NCBI GenBank assembly: GCA_002269645.1
Contig: NIVC01000713.1
Span: forward strand, 310,001-374,000
Length of the DNA: 64,000 nucleotides
From: Macrostomum lignano
Lineage: Eukaryota
Direction: 5' to 3'
Shown in pieces: positions 1 through 12,599 of the stretch. The position numbers and the translations under genes are program-made. The notes under the pieces are model-generated. The model had not been told where the DNA came from. It ran no database searches and saw only the letters and a program-made list of their open reading frames with translations. Each line of letters begins with the position of its first letter. Position 1 is the stretch's first letter.

Positions 1-43
1 GGGTTTGGTACCTGGTCCGGTTATTCCGAGCTCGGTCCGCAGT

Positions 44-215
44 CAACAACAACAACAACAACAGCAACAACAACAACAGAAACAACAACAACAACAGAAA
101 CAACAGCAACAACAACAGAAACAACAGAAACAACAACAGAAACAACAGCAGCAACAACAACAACAACAGCAACAACAGCAACAACAATAGCAGAAAGCAC
201 AACAACAGCAACAAC
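44..215. repeat. (CAA/CAG)n microsatellite
   Basis: Direct inspection. Confidence 0.95.
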
Positions 216-232
216 GCCAGTACAGCAGGCTG

Positions 233-552
233 TCACCTGTAATTCCCCGGCCGGTCAATGGCATCCCCAGACTCCTCAGTCTTGCTGCTGCCGCTCAATC
301 CAAAATCGCCCAGATTGAAGCCGGAGCCCCAGAAGCTGTCGTCGGCCCCGTCAGCAGCCGCGCCAGCAGCAGCACAGGCAGCCGATCCCGCAGGCGTCGT
401 AGCAACCGAAGCCGTGGTCTCCGACGAATTGGAAGCCGTGGAGGCGGTGGACAGTCGCTGCGAGCAGACGCTGCCGGCGGTTCGCACGTCGCCAAAGTTC
501 ACCGACTTCAGAGCGGCCGATGCGGATGACGCCTTGCCGGCCGCTGCCGTGC
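233..552 (-). CDS. PR2: Ack-like/PR2 kinase exon 6 (to TGA at 233-235, or donor at AG|GTGACA)
   Basis: Acceptor TTCCATTCCTGCAG|GC (phase 1), open to stop. The six exons total 3588 nt (~1195 aa). The 3' end is ambiguous. Confidence 0.72.
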
Positions 553-620
553 CTGCAGGAATGGAAGATGCTGAAATCTCAATCTCATCCTCTAAAAATG
601 AGAATCTGTCTTTGAATAAC

Positions 621-1500
621 AATCTAAGAATCTCATCAGTCAATCTCAGACTCCTACCAGTCAATTTCAGAATCTCACCAGTCAATCTCAGACTCCTACC
701 AGTCAATCTCAGAATCTCACCAGTCAATCTCAGAATCTCACCAGTCAATCTCAGAATCTCACCAGTCAATCTAAGAATCTCACCAGTCAATCTCAGACTC
801 CTACCAGTCAATTTCAGAATCTCACCAGTCAATCTCAGACTCCTACCAGTCAATCTCAGACTCCTACCAGTCGATCTAAGAATCTCACCAGTCAATCTAA
901 GACTCTCACCAGTCAATCTCAGACGCTCACTAGTCAATCTAAGAATCTCATCAGTAAATCTCATAGTTTCACCATTTAATCTCAGAATCTCACCGGTAAA
1001 TCTCAGAATCTCTCCGGTCAATCTCAGAATTTCACCGATCAATCTTAGAATCTCACTACTTAATCTTAGAATCACATCAGTAAATCTCCGAATCTTACCA
1101 CTCAATCTCAGAATTTCACCACTCAATCTCAGAATTTCACCACTCAATCTCAGAATTTCACCACTCAATCTCAGAATTTCACCACTCAATCTCAGAATTT
1201 CACCACTCAATCTCAGAATTTCACCACTCAATCTCAGAATTTCACCACTCAATCTCAGAATTTCACCACTCAATCTCAGAATTTCACCACTCAATCTCAG
1301 AATTTCACCACTCAATCTCAGAATTTCACCACTCAATCTCAGAATTTCACCACTCAATCTCAGAATTTCACCACTCAATCTCAGAATTTCACCACTCAAT
1401 CTCAGAATCTCATCAGTAAATCTCATAGTTTCACAAGTCAATCTCAGAATCTCCCCAGTCAATCTCAGAATCTCCCCAGTCAATCTCGGAATCTCACCCC
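621..1500. repeat. 21-bp minisatellite (AATCTCAGAATTTCACCACTC) in kinase intron 5
   Basis: About 42 tandem units. Confidence 0.95.
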
Positions 1501-1548
1501 TCTCATTCCCGAGACAGTCATCAGTTAACAATGGGATCAAAACCGCAC

Positions 1549-2583
1549 CTGTGGGCGCCGGGGCCCTGAACACCTGGTTGCCACGCAGAGCTCTCAGCGT
1601 GGTGTGCCCAGTCGCGGCTCCGATTGTAGCGACACCGGCTGGCGGCTCGCCGCCGACACCGCTGGCCACGGTGCTGATGCTGGAGTTGGACGAGGACTGC
1701 AGACCGATAGGGCCGGAGATCAGCAGCGGCTTGGAGATGCCAGCGGCGCCTGCGGCAGAGTCAGCCGATGCCGCAGCAGCAGCCGCCGCCTTCGATCTGC
1801 GACCGGACGCAAAGCTGAGAAACGAACTCCTTGACGACCGTCGGGGACTTCCAGAGGAAGCTGGAGCGGCAGCAGCAGCCGCCGATGTCGCTTCACCTGG
1901 AAGGGTCCTGGCTTTGCTCAAGCCGCTATCGCTGCTGCCCTGCGAGTTCAGGGATTGGTTGCTGCGTTTCTGCTGCTGCTGCTGCTGCTGCTGCTGTTGT
2001 TGTCTCGACGGCGAGTCGTTCAAGGAGCTGACATTCGAAGCTGTCGAGTTGGTGCTGGAATTGGCCGAGCCTGGCCGGTTCAATGACTGATGATGAGCAG
2101 CGGAGGCAGTGAGCTGATGATGCTGCTGCTGCTGCTGCTGATGATGAGGCAGATTCCGGAACTGAGCATGCTGCTCACCGCTGCTGCTGCTGTTGCTGGT
2201 GATGCTGCCGCTGCCGCCGTTCCTCTTGTTGATGCCCTCAGCTGACTGCAGGAGCGAGCTTGGTCCCCGCTCGTCAGTAGGCGTCTCATCGTCGCATCCG
2301 CCGCCGCCTGCGCCCCCGACAACAGAGGACTTTCCGCTGCCCAGATTGAGGCTGAGTAAAGCAGCACTAATTGAATCTGTATCGTCCGTATCATCGCTGC
2401 CATGGTAACCGCCGCTGCCTGAGGCGCCTAACGTAGAATTATTATTGTTACCGTTGCTATGGGAACTAGCGGCCTGACGACAGCTGGTGAGGGTCAAAGT
2501 GTTGCTGCCGCTGTCTGAGTCGCCTCCGCTTAGGGACCAGGATTTGAAGATCTCGTCCATCAGGGAGCTGCCGCCCGTGAGGC
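1549..2583 (-). CDS. PR2: Ack-like/PR2 kinase exon 5 (S/Q/A/G-rich disordered region)
   Basis: Acceptor CCCCACCCCAG|GC (phase 1), open frame of 344 full codons, phase-1 donor GTGCGG at 1548. Confidence 0.8.
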
Positions 2584-2593
2584 CTGGGGTGGG

Positions 2594-3145
2594 GAGGGCG
2601 ATTCTCGAATGTGTGAGGGCGATATTCGAATGTGTGAGGGCGATTCTCGAATGTGTGAGGGCGATTCTCGAATGTGTGAGGGCGATTCTCGAATGTGTGA
2701 GGGCGATTTTCGAATGTGTGAGGGCGATTCTCGAATGTGTGAGGGCGATACTTGAATGTGTGAGGGCGATTCTCGAATGTGTGAGGGCGATTCTCGAATG
2801 TATGAGGGCGATTCTCGAATGCGTGAGGGCGATACTTGAATGTGTGAGGGCGATTCTCGAATGTGAGGGCGATACTTGAATGTGTGAGGGCGATTCTCGA
2901 ATGCGTGAGGGCGATACTTGAATGTGTGAGGGCGATTCTCGAATGTGTGAGGGCGATACTTGAATGTGTGAGGGCGATTCTCGAATCTGTAAGGGCGATA
3001 TTTGAATGTGTGAGGGCGATTCTCGAATGTGTGAGGGCGATACTTGAATGTGTGAGGGCGATTCTCGAATCTGTAAGGGCGATATTTGAATGTGTGAGGG
3101 CGATTCTCCTGCGTGAGGGCGATATTTGAATGTGTCAGGGCGATA
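2594..3145. repeat. 21-bp minisatellite (GAGGGCGATTCTCGAATGTGT) in kinase intron 4
   Basis: Tandem units fill the intron. Confidence 0.95.
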
Positions 3146-3172
3146 CCTAAAATTTACAAGGACAAAATTTAC

Positions 3173-3236
3173 CCAGGCCATCGGTGGAGTCTCTCCCTCC
3201 TGAACTGTCGCCGCTGCCACCGACGCCGCTGCCGCT

Positions 3237-3268
<32 letters not shown>

Positions 3269-3874
3269 TACTCGCCGTGTCGCCACCGAAACCTCCGCCG
3301 AAGTCGCTAAAGTTGAAATCGGCAAACAGGTCGAGCTCGGCCGCGCCAGATGGCCGGCCAGGCCCAGCGGATCTCTCATAGCCGTCCTCCTCGTCTTCCT
3401 CGTCCTCTTCAAGCGCTTCGGCCAGAGCCTCGGACGCCAGAGTGCAGGTGTCCACGCCCAGGCTGAGGCTGGAGCCGAGCTTGCAGTAGCCGGGCTGGTG
3501 CTGCAGGGTGTCCATTGTGCTCACCGAGGTCACGCTGCCTAGCGACATGTTGCTAGGGCTGGGAGTCGAATTATTATTACTACTGTTAGTAGCAGCAGTC
3601 TGCAAATTCAATGCCTTCGTAGCTGGCGGCTGGGACGACGCACGCATCATCATCATCGACGTTGTTGTCGGCGGCGGCGGCGTCGGTTTAGGCGGCGGTG
3701 GCCCGGACGGGCTGAGCGGCAATCCGGAAGCCGACATAAACGACACGTCGCCGAACACGGAACCGTCGTGTCCGACGTGGCCGGTGTGACGAAAATCGTC
3801 CTGCGGGCCGGAGATCATGTCCCGCCGGATGCGCGGCTGGTGCTGCTGGTGATGCTTGGAAGATTGGGCCGCTT
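3173..3874 (-). CDS. PR2: Ack-like/PR2 kinase exon 4 (CRIB motif and low-complexity tail)
   Basis: Acceptor TCTCCACGCAG|AA (phase 1). CRIB ISGPQDDFRHTGHVGHDGSVFGDVSF. Phase-1 donor GTAAAT at 3172. Confidence 0.92.
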
Positions 3875-4759
3875 CTGCGTGGAGAAAACAAAAAATAATT
3901 TTAAAAAAACTTTCCAGCTTACTTATAGTAGACAAAATAGAAAATTTACGGTAAAATGTGCAAAAACCGCTTAATTTTCTCATTGGCCTACTTTAAGCAG
4001 ACTAAAAGCGCTTTTTATCTGCAATAAAGGTGGTAAGTTATTTTTTGCTCTAATTACTTTTTAGAACAATTATATAAAGTTCCGTTACTAAAAGCGGGTA
4101 GTTAGTGGGCAGGTTAGTAGGATTAGTTAACCAAGCAAAAATAACCAATACTTTAGCAGCTTAGACTGCAATTATTAGCGCTGATAAACGATTTACTCGA
4201 TAATTAAGTAGGCATAGTTAGTAGCTGAACACACTGTTAAATATTACATCAAACAGTTAAGCCAAACACAACACTACAAAACGCATAATTAAGGCAGAAT
4301 AAACAGCATAATTAGTGACCAATTATAATGATAAATTGTGTTTTTAAACCAGTTAAAAATATTTATAAACATAATTAAATACTCACTTTTAACTAAGTTA
4401 ACTTTGGCGCTAAATTCCTTAGCATACGAGCTGCCAAGAGTCGCTGCAATATTAATAATTAAAAAGGCTAATTGCTAGCATAAAGAATAGAATGCATATA
4501 TTACTCATTCATAGTAGTAGCAGTAGTAAATAAATTAGGCAAAAAAGCGCATCGCAAAAAATTATAAGAAAACTAATCTAGTTTAAGGCAAATAAATGAA
4601 TTTTATCAGTGAACAGAAAGATAGGTCTCATTGAGATTCTCACGTCTCAGCACAAAACTAATTACAGATGGAGTAAAACATTTCTTTGTTTTGAAGTACA
4701 GAGTTCAGAATCAATAAGTAGGCGATTATTATAAGGCTTTTAGGGTGAATATGAGGTGA

Positions 4760-4965
4760 GGATGAGTATAATTGGTGAAGCTGGGGAGATTATAAAGGGA
4801 CATTGTGAGGGTGAGTATAATTGGTGAAGCTGAGGGAGATTATAGAGGGACATTGTGAGGATGAGTATAATTGGTGAAGCTGAGGGAGATTATAGAGGGA
4901 CATTGTGAGGATGAGTATAATTGGTGATGCTGAGGGAGATTATAAAGGGACATTGTGAGGGTGAA
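4760..4965. repeat. 50-bp tandem repeat, ~4 copies
   Basis: CATTGTGAGG recurs at 4801, 4851 and 4901. Confidence 0.9.
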
Positions 4966-5048
4966 TACGAGGCGATGCTGAGAGAGATGATGGAGCGATT
5001 ATAAAGGCGATAAAGGCGATTGCCCCTCACTCAAAGTACTGAACTCAC

Positions 5049-5851
5049 CTCGTCTCGACACTTTCTTCGATGGCGACGCGGCAGCAGCGGCAGCGGCGGC
5101 GGCAGCCTCCAGCTCGTGCATCACAGGCCGGGTCAGATGCGGCTGGAAGAAGCCGGAGTTGCCGCTCAGGCCGATGCCACGCCAAGGCTCGCCGCCCATC
5201 CGCTTGTCCAGCACAAACAGGGTGTCGCCAGCAGCGAAGTGCAACTGTTCGCGAACTGCCGGCGGGCTGGGGCTCGACTCCAGGGCCACGTGCTTCTCCG
5301 GGATGATCTTGGGCAGGTGGGCGGCGATCTCAGCAAAGGTCGGCCGCCGTTTATAATCGTGATCCCAGCACTTAAGCATCAGGGCGTAGTGAGCAGTCGG
5401 ACAGGCGTCCGGGCGCTCCAGCCGGCCAAGCTGAGGCTCGTCAATGGTCTCAAGAATCTGCTGCCCGGTGAGGCCGGCCCAGGGCTGGAAGCCGTATGAG
5501 AACATCTCCCACAGGGTGACGGCGTAGGCCCACACGTCAGACGCGGAGGTGAATCTCAGGTAATTAATACTCTCAGGTGCGCACCAGGCTATTGGCAGTT
5601 TCAGGTTCACATTGAAATTTGTCTGATAATACTCCTTGCCCAGCTGCAGCGCTCGGCTCATGCCGAAGTCTGAGATCTTCACTCGATCCTTGGTGAACAC
5701 CAAAATGTTTCTGGCCGCCAAGTCGCGATGGATGAGGCGCTGATTCTCCAAGTAGGACATGCCTTCGGCGATCTGCTGGGCGAAGCTGCACAGCGCGCCA
5801 ACGTGAAAACTGCAGCGCAGGGCCGCCTCGCGGACGCATTCGAGTAGGGAT
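5049..5851 (-). CDS. PR2: Ack-like/PR2 kinase exon 3 (kinase C-lobe and SH3)
   Basis: Acceptor CCAG|A completes AGA. Contains HRDLAARN, DFG and YYQTNFNVNLKLPIAWCAPESINYLRFTSASDVW (PR2/Ack-like signature), then an SH3-like segment. Phase-1 donor GTGAGT. Confidence 0.96.
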
Positions 5852-5904
5852 CTGGCGACGGGGGATCGGGATTAGCAGATAAACCCGATGATAAAACCCT
5901 GGCA

Positions 5905-6742
5905 TATCAGAGGTGTTACAGTAGATTAACCTAACAATAACACTCTGGGATATACATGTAGGGGTGTTACAGCAAATTAACCCATCAATAACACCCTGGA
6001 ATACAGGGGTGTTACAGCAGATTAACCTAACAATAACACACTGGGATACAGGGGTGTTACAGTAGATTAACCTAACAATAACACCCTGGGATACAGGGGT
6101 GTTACAGTAGATTAACCGATCAATAACACCCTGGGATATAGAGGTGTTACAGCAGATTAACCCATCAATAACACCCTGGGATACAGGGGTGTTACAGCAG
6201 ATTAACCCAACAATAACACCCTGGGGCTATAGGGGTGTTACAGCAGATTAACCCATCAATAACATCCTGGGGCTATAGGGGTGTTACAGCAGATTAAACC
6301 ATCAATAAATAACACCCTGGGATACAGGGATGTTACAGCAGATTAACCCAACAATAACACCCTGAGATACAGGGGTTTTACATTAGATTTAACTAACAAT
6401 AACACCCTGGGATACAGGGGTGTTACAGCAGATTAACCCAACAATAACACTCTGGGATATACATGTAGGGGTGTTACAGCAAATTAACCCATCAATAACA
6501 CCCTGGGTGTTACAGCAGATTAACCCATCAATAACACCCTGGGATACAGGGGTGTTACAGCAGATTAACCCAACAATAACACCCTGGGATACAGGGCTGT
6601 TACAGTAGATTAACCTAACAATAACACTCTGGGATGTAGGGGTGTTACAGCAAATTAACCGATCAATAACACCCTGGGATATAGAGGTGTTACAGCAGAT
6701 TAACCCATCAATAACACCCTGGCGTAGGGGTGTTACAGCAGA
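5905..6742. repeat. ~45-bp minisatellite (GTGTTACAGCAGATTAACCCATCAATAACACCCTGGGATACAGGG)
   Basis: Tandem diverged units in kinase intron 2. Confidence 0.93.
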
Positions 6743-7354
6743 TGAATCGCTAAGCAAAACGTCACCAACAGCAAAGTCAAATTAAAAAGACTCATAAAAG
6801 TCAAGCGCATTAGTTAATTGCGCACCTGGACCCAGACCCTATTCGTCAAGAATAAAATAATTTGCAACGCCAATCGATCACACAGTCGCACACTGGGGTG
6901 TTGGTGGTAATTTGGACCACCAAACAAGAGACCTCCGGTGCCATAAAATATTCAAAAGTCAGTCTGTTGGATACTTGCTAATAAGCAACATATCCAGCCA
7001 TAAAATAAGCATTACTGAATGTAGCCATTATACATGCATAAGCAATTTACCAGCCATACCCATAGTGTAACCGTTTCAATAATACGAAACCGTATAAACC
7101 ATATATGGTAATGTGCACTTCTAATATAATTGCATATGATTTCTTTTCCTACTTTGCCATTAGTTTAACACTTAGCGATACTGCGAAATAAAGGCAATAC
7201 TGAGCCGGCATCGCAACACTGCGAATTGCTTCGTAACTGAAAGCAATTCATTGCCTGCGCATTCTCTTTAGTTGTTCTTTCTTGTAACAGCTTAAAGCCA
7301 AGCTCTAGGGACACTTTGATGAGGAATGTAAAAGATTACATCTGGCCAAGCAAC

Positions 7355-7962
7355 TGAAACTCTGAGAGGCTGGCCCAGCAACTGAGGATCTGAGAGGCTG
7401 GCCCAGCAACTGAGGATCTTAGAGGCTGGCCCAGCAACTGAGGATCTGAGAGGCTGGCCCAGCAACTGAGGATCTGAGAGGCTGGCCCAGCAACTGACAC
7501 TCTAGGAGGCTGGCCCAGCAACTGAGGATCTGGGAGGCTGGCCCAGCAACTGAGGATCTTAGAGGCTGGCCCAGCAACTGAGGATCTGAGAGGCTGGCCC
7601 AGCAACTGAGGATCTGAGAGGCTGGCCCAGCAACTGACACTCTAGGAGGCTGGCCCAGCAACTGAGGATCTGGGAGGCTGGCCCAGCAACTGAGGATCTT
7701 AGAGGCTGGCCCAGCAACTGAGGATCTGAGAGGCTGGCCCAGCAACTGAGGATCTGAGAGGCTGGCCCAGCAACTGAGGATCTGAGAGGCTGGCCCAGCA
7801 ACTGACACTCTAGGAGGCTGGCCCAGCAACTGAGGATCTGGGAGGCTGGCCCAGCAACTGAGGATCTGGGAGGTTGGCCCAGCAACTGAGGATCTGGGAG
7901 GTTGGCCCAGCAACTGAGGATCTGAGAGGCTGGCCCAGCAACTGAGAATATGAGAGGCTGGC
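7355..7962. repeat. 28-bp minisatellite (GAGGCTGGCCCAGCAACTGAGGATCTGA), copy 1
   Basis: Tandem units ending about 10 nt from the exon-2 donor. Confidence 0.95.
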
Positions 7963-7973
7963 GAACATCTCAC

Positions 7974-8551
7974 CTGAGAGGCGCGAGCTCAGTGACCATC
8001 TGGAACTTGTCCTCCCCAATGGCCAGGCCGTACAGCCGTACAATGTTCCTGTGCTCGATGCCGTGCATGTTGGTGACCTCCTTGAGAAAGTCTGCAGCCT
8101 GGCCGGGCGACAGACGGTCCTTGTCCATGGCCTTCACGGCCACCTGTATCCGCTGGCCCCTGTCGCCGCCGGGACTCCAAATGGCCTGATAGACCCGGCC
8201 GAACTCGCCCTCGCCAAGGACCTTGCCGAGCTCGATCTGGTCTGGCGGAATCAAATAGCTGGTTGAGGGCGGCAGCCGCAGGGCGCCAACCAGGAGGTCC
8301 GGGCCGCCTGCGCCAACTCCGCCGCCGCTTCCCGCTCCACCGCCGCCGGATGCGCCGCAGTCATCCTCGCCTCCTCCACCGCGCCCGGCGCCGCCGCCGC
8401 GCGCAGTCAGCCGTTTGCGCAATCGGCCAACAGCGGACTGGGGGCACTCGCGCAGGAAAAACTTTCTTAGCCGACGCATCTCCGGCTTTGTGAGGCCGAT
8501 GTCGGCCAGGTCTTCATCTTCGACGTATTTTAATTGACTGACGCTGGTCAC
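7974..8551 (-). CDS. PR2: Ack-like/PR2 kinase exon 2 (rest of SAM, kinase N-lobe)
   Basis: Acceptor TTTAACTAG|GTG. Encodes GEGEFG G-loop, VAVK and VTELAPL. Phase-2 donor GTGAGA at 7973. Confidence 0.95.
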
Positions 8552-9105
8552 CTAGTTAAATTGGGCAAAATGTTAAACAGTACTAAGCTCACCGATAATA
8601 TTAAGTTTGTATCGAAAATAAACTTTGTAGAGCTGACTTTGAAATCTACATTCGATCAATCGCCGATATGTAGCGAAGATAACTTTTTATTACACTTTAG
8701 AACTATTTATAAATACTTTTGTTTCTTTATTGCCGATATGTATCGAAAATGAACTTTGTAAGGCACAATACCAAGCACAAGTACCACAAAAAATGTGCAT
8801 CCAGTTTAGCTACACTGATGACTAAATCATTGAAATTGAAGTTAACTTAGCACATTATCAACTTTACAAGTTTACCGATATGTATCAAAATTAAGTTTGC
8901 AGAGCATAAAATAAAATTCCAAAGGGCGTTACTAACTATATAGAGTAAATTGCCGATATGTATTGAAAGTTATTTTATAAAGATTTAAACTTAAATAGGA
9001 AGAAAAGCGAGTGTTTAAAATAGTTTTGACCATATGTATCGAAATTATTAACATAAAATGAAGCAATTAAATGCTTGACCTTCAAACTGTCCAATTCTTT
9101 CTTAC

Positions 9106-9255
9106 CTTCAAAGTATGCGTCATTGATGTATAATAATGATCCAACTCAGCGTCCTTCAAGAATTCGTACAGATCTCTGCAGATGGCTTTGCCTCCGCCGC
9201 CTCCGCCGCCGCTGCCGCCGCCACCCGCCGCCGTGCTACCGCTGGAGCCGGTCAT
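9106..9255 (-). CDS. PR2: Ack-like/PR2-type tyrosine kinase exon 1 (start of SAM domain); alternative in-frame ATG at 9312
   Basis: MTGSSG...DLYEFLKDAELDHYYTSMTHTLK, then phase-0 donor GTAAGA at 9105. Joins exon 2 to give an Ack/PR2-type SAM domain (LYEFL..AEL.HYY....LKVT...QLKYV.DEDL..IGL.KPEMRRLRKFF). Confidence 0.88.
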
Positions 9256-9477
9256 GCCGCTGCGATGACAGTCAATTGTGGAGAAGCAGAGGCCTGACAA
9301 ATTTTGTGGCATACAGAATTACATACAGAATCTGGTTTCTGCTGGGCACTGAAGGCTAAATTTGACTTTAATTATAGGTACAAAATTACTAAAAAAGAAC
9401 AATTAAAAATCAAGTGACAAGAATCATGAAACCTTAAAAACTATTGTCAGACGTATGTATGTGGCATAGACATAAAA

Positions 9478-9888
9478 TACGAGGATCTGGGGTCATGGCT
9501 GACATTCCAACATGAGGATCTGGGGTCATGGCTGACTGCCCAACATGAGGATCTGGGGTCATGGCTGACTCCCCAACATGAGGATCTGGGGTCATGGTTG
9601 ACACCCCAACATGAGGATCTGGGGTCATTGCTGACACCCCATGAGGATCTTGGGTCATTGCTGACACCCCAACATAAGGACTGGGGTCATTGCTGACACC
9701 TCAACATGAGGATCTTGGGTCATTGCTGACACCCCAACATAAGGACTGGGGTCATTGCTGACACCCCAAATGAGGATCTGGGGTCATTGCTGACACCCCA
9801 ACTTAAGGACTGGGGTCATTGCTGACACCCACACATGAAGATCTGGGGTCATTGCTGACACCCACACATGAAGATCTGGGGTCATTGC
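9478..9888. repeat. ~33-bp minisatellite (CATGAGGATCTGGGGTCATGGCTGACACCCCAA)
   Basis: Tandem units. Confidence 0.92.
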
Positions 9889-10244
9889 AGAAGCTGACAA
9901 ATGGATAAAAATCTGGAACTCGAATACACAAGCACAGCCCGAGAAAAACATGCACCAAGCCTACAGGAACAAAATTTCAACTAAATAGAAAAGTTTCCCA
10001 ATCAAAAGAAAGGTCAGACCCAACTTCCAAAAAAGCAAGATCCTTTAGGCGGGATCGCATTTCGCTATTGATTTAGTGGGGGCCTTGTGACCCGAAAAGC
10101 CTAAGGAGTATTGAATGTATAACACATTATTCTATATTTAGCCCACTGTGCACTCCCAACACTTAGCGCTAATGGCAACGGTCATTATTCTATCATAACT
10201 GATTTACGATTTATGAATGTTAATAACCAGACGGAAAGTCTTAC

Positions 10245-10390
10245 GATCAGCTCTAGAAGAATGCAACAACGAATTATAAGAATATTCGAGCTGCATTTGC
10301 GGCGAAAGCTTCTTATTTTGCTGCTTCAGCTGTTGCTGCTGCTGCTGCAGCTCTTGCTGCTTCAATGGCCATTCTCTGCTGCTTTGATAA
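10245..10390 (-). other. Candidate exon upstream of the kinase (possible 5'UTR exon)
   Basis: CAG-rich 146-nt segment between acceptor CCTCGTTTAG and strong donor GTAAGA. No long coding frame. Confidence 0.35.
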
Positions 10391-11235
10391 CTAAACGAGG
10401 TTGAAGTGATCATACTGCAGTGTTTAACATGAAAAATCTTTAGAATCCAATACAAGTTGAAGAGACGGGCGCAGACTAAAAACAGTGCTGGAAGGAGTTT
10501 AATGACCGATGATGGACCAATCCGCCCAAGCCTTAACAACAAAACCCTAAGAATTCTTTCACCGGACGGGGGGGAGAGACGCAGGGTCAGAGAGGGAGCC
10601 AATTGGTCGAGCCGGCTTAGCAAAAAATATAACGAGGATTCAAGCCAAGGAGGTCGTCAAACCAGAACTTGGAATTTCATACACGAGCAATCTACCGTAA
10701 GTTTGGGAGTACTGCATATCGCTTGCCCAAACCTTTGACAAAAAAACATTGCATCTGGCATCCAGGTGTCAGGCCTAAGATTACCAATTAGCAGCAGGAT
10801 TCTGGCCCAAGATTAATCCTAAATAAGCTTAAAATTGAATAAATTCTCCGCACACTAGCATTCGCAGGAGCCCTGTGAGCAACCAACCAGCACTGAAGCA
10901 ATTCAGACGCACCCATACACACACTCACACAGGGTGTACAGCGGCTCTGACTTACTAATCGTCAGGCATGTACAGTCTCTGTGCCTTTGGGGGGTTAGTC
11001 CTCATGGGTGTGAATAATGTGTGTCAGATTCTCATATAGTTCTCATAATAGAGGTGTGACAATTTTCGATTAAGTCTTTGCATAGCTTTTGGCAGCCTAT
11101 TTGGGCCTACGCGCATTGAATTTAATCCAAGATACGTTTGCCAATGCAACGGAGTTTTTGTCTATGGTAGCAAGGCTGGCACAGCGGCATTTGATTTGGT
11201 CCAACAAGCATCAATTTGGTCCAAATGCTCGTGAG

Positions 11236-11640
11236 TCATTGGACAAACTCTTGCCTTCTCGCAACCGTCTGCAGGTTGTTGCGCACCGCTGGAATGTCAG
11301 CGTCTCTACCAACAATTTTCAGTCGCTTTTCCAGAGCTCTGCTGATAGTCGAAATCTGATAACTAATTTGAATTGTTCCTTCAACTTCTGCTGCATTTTC
11401 TGCAATAGCAACAAAGGGTTCGTCTCAACTGCATCGATTAGCAGTTGGATTTGAGGCTCACGAGAAATTTGCCTCGGCGATTGCCACCCTTTCGCAGGCA
11501 ATCTCTGCCGGCAGAGTTTCAACGCGGCTGCTGGATGCCGTAAAGCATCCTTTCTTTTACATTCAGCAACCTTGCAATGTCCTTTGGGTGTTCACCTCTG
11601 TCGAGTGCTTCGATCACAAGCCAATGGCATTCGTTTAACA
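11236..11640 (-). mobile_element. Decayed Tc1/mariner-IS630-type transposase N-terminal fragment
   Basis: Across frameshifts: LVIEALDRGEHPKDIARLLNV (HTH), RKGGNRRGK, LLIDAVETNP..L.KMQQKLKEQF, ISTISRALEKRL, P.VRN.LQTVARRQEFVQ*. No DDE domain or TIRs found. Confidence 0.6.
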
Positions 11641-12599
11641 GCCTAGCATATGGTCCACAATCCATAGGGACCATAATTGTGGCCAAATGGGCTGCAAAAA
11701 GCTTTATTTTAACAAGTTCTGTCAGTGAGGAGTTGACCCTCCAGACTCGGATTTCTAAGTCTCCTTGAACAAGCCAAAGCATTATTCCAGTGCTCGATGA
11801 CTCATGCATGCAGAAACGTATTCACGCCAAGTCAAGTTCGTTTGCCTCGCTGCCTCTCCGTTCCAATTTCAATTACCAACTCTCAGTTTTATTGTTTAGC
11901 CAACTAGAGAGAAAATGGAAGACAAAAAACCCAGAAGTGAAGTGGCAAAAGATTCAGTCAAACAGCTGACTGCGCTTCGAGAAGACAGAGCCTGTTGTAG
12001 CACGGAATGAAATTAATACAAGCCCTGAACGCCCACACGCAAGGGGCGGCCACACTCTGTATAAACGATATATACGCAATATGTTTCAGACCTCTCTGCT
12101 TTATTTTCTCTTTTGCATTATTAACTTTCTATCTATATAGAGCAGAGACAGTCAACTTTTATTGAGGCCCAGTAAGAGGACAAAATCTTGTATAATTAGC
12201 CCAGTCATCTTCATATCTTCCAATTCTGTTAAGCCTTTTTTGCTGGCTCAAACCAGATAAGTAGCTATGCATGTTAGCACTATTAACAAGCCAAGCTTAC
12301 AGAAGAGCCATGCCTGAAACTGGCACTGATTTATTTGCAAACAATAAGATGCTTCGCATTCAAACCATAGTGCGGCCAAATAACATATTTCTAAGAAACG
12401 AAACGAAAGTTGCATGACGCATATAGAAAACCAACGGATCCACGACTTTCTCGCTTTGCTTGCTCAGTTTGAACTATACTAGCTTGCGACGCTTGCGTAT
12501 TTGCGGCATATCTAATCCGCTATTATTACTAAACTACTAATATATATATAAAATTTAAATACAAATGCAAGCTCACACTGGGCCACTACTGCCTAGCCG

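Noticed and set aside
258-2090. 610-aa plus-strand ORF
   Set aside because: Antisense shadow of kinase exons plus the 21-bp repeat.
233-3412. 1059-aa single ORF as one protein
   Set aside because: It begins in an off-frame part of exon 4 and crosses the intron-4 repeat (589 nt, not divisible by 3). Only exons 5-6, and possibly intron 5, are credible coding.
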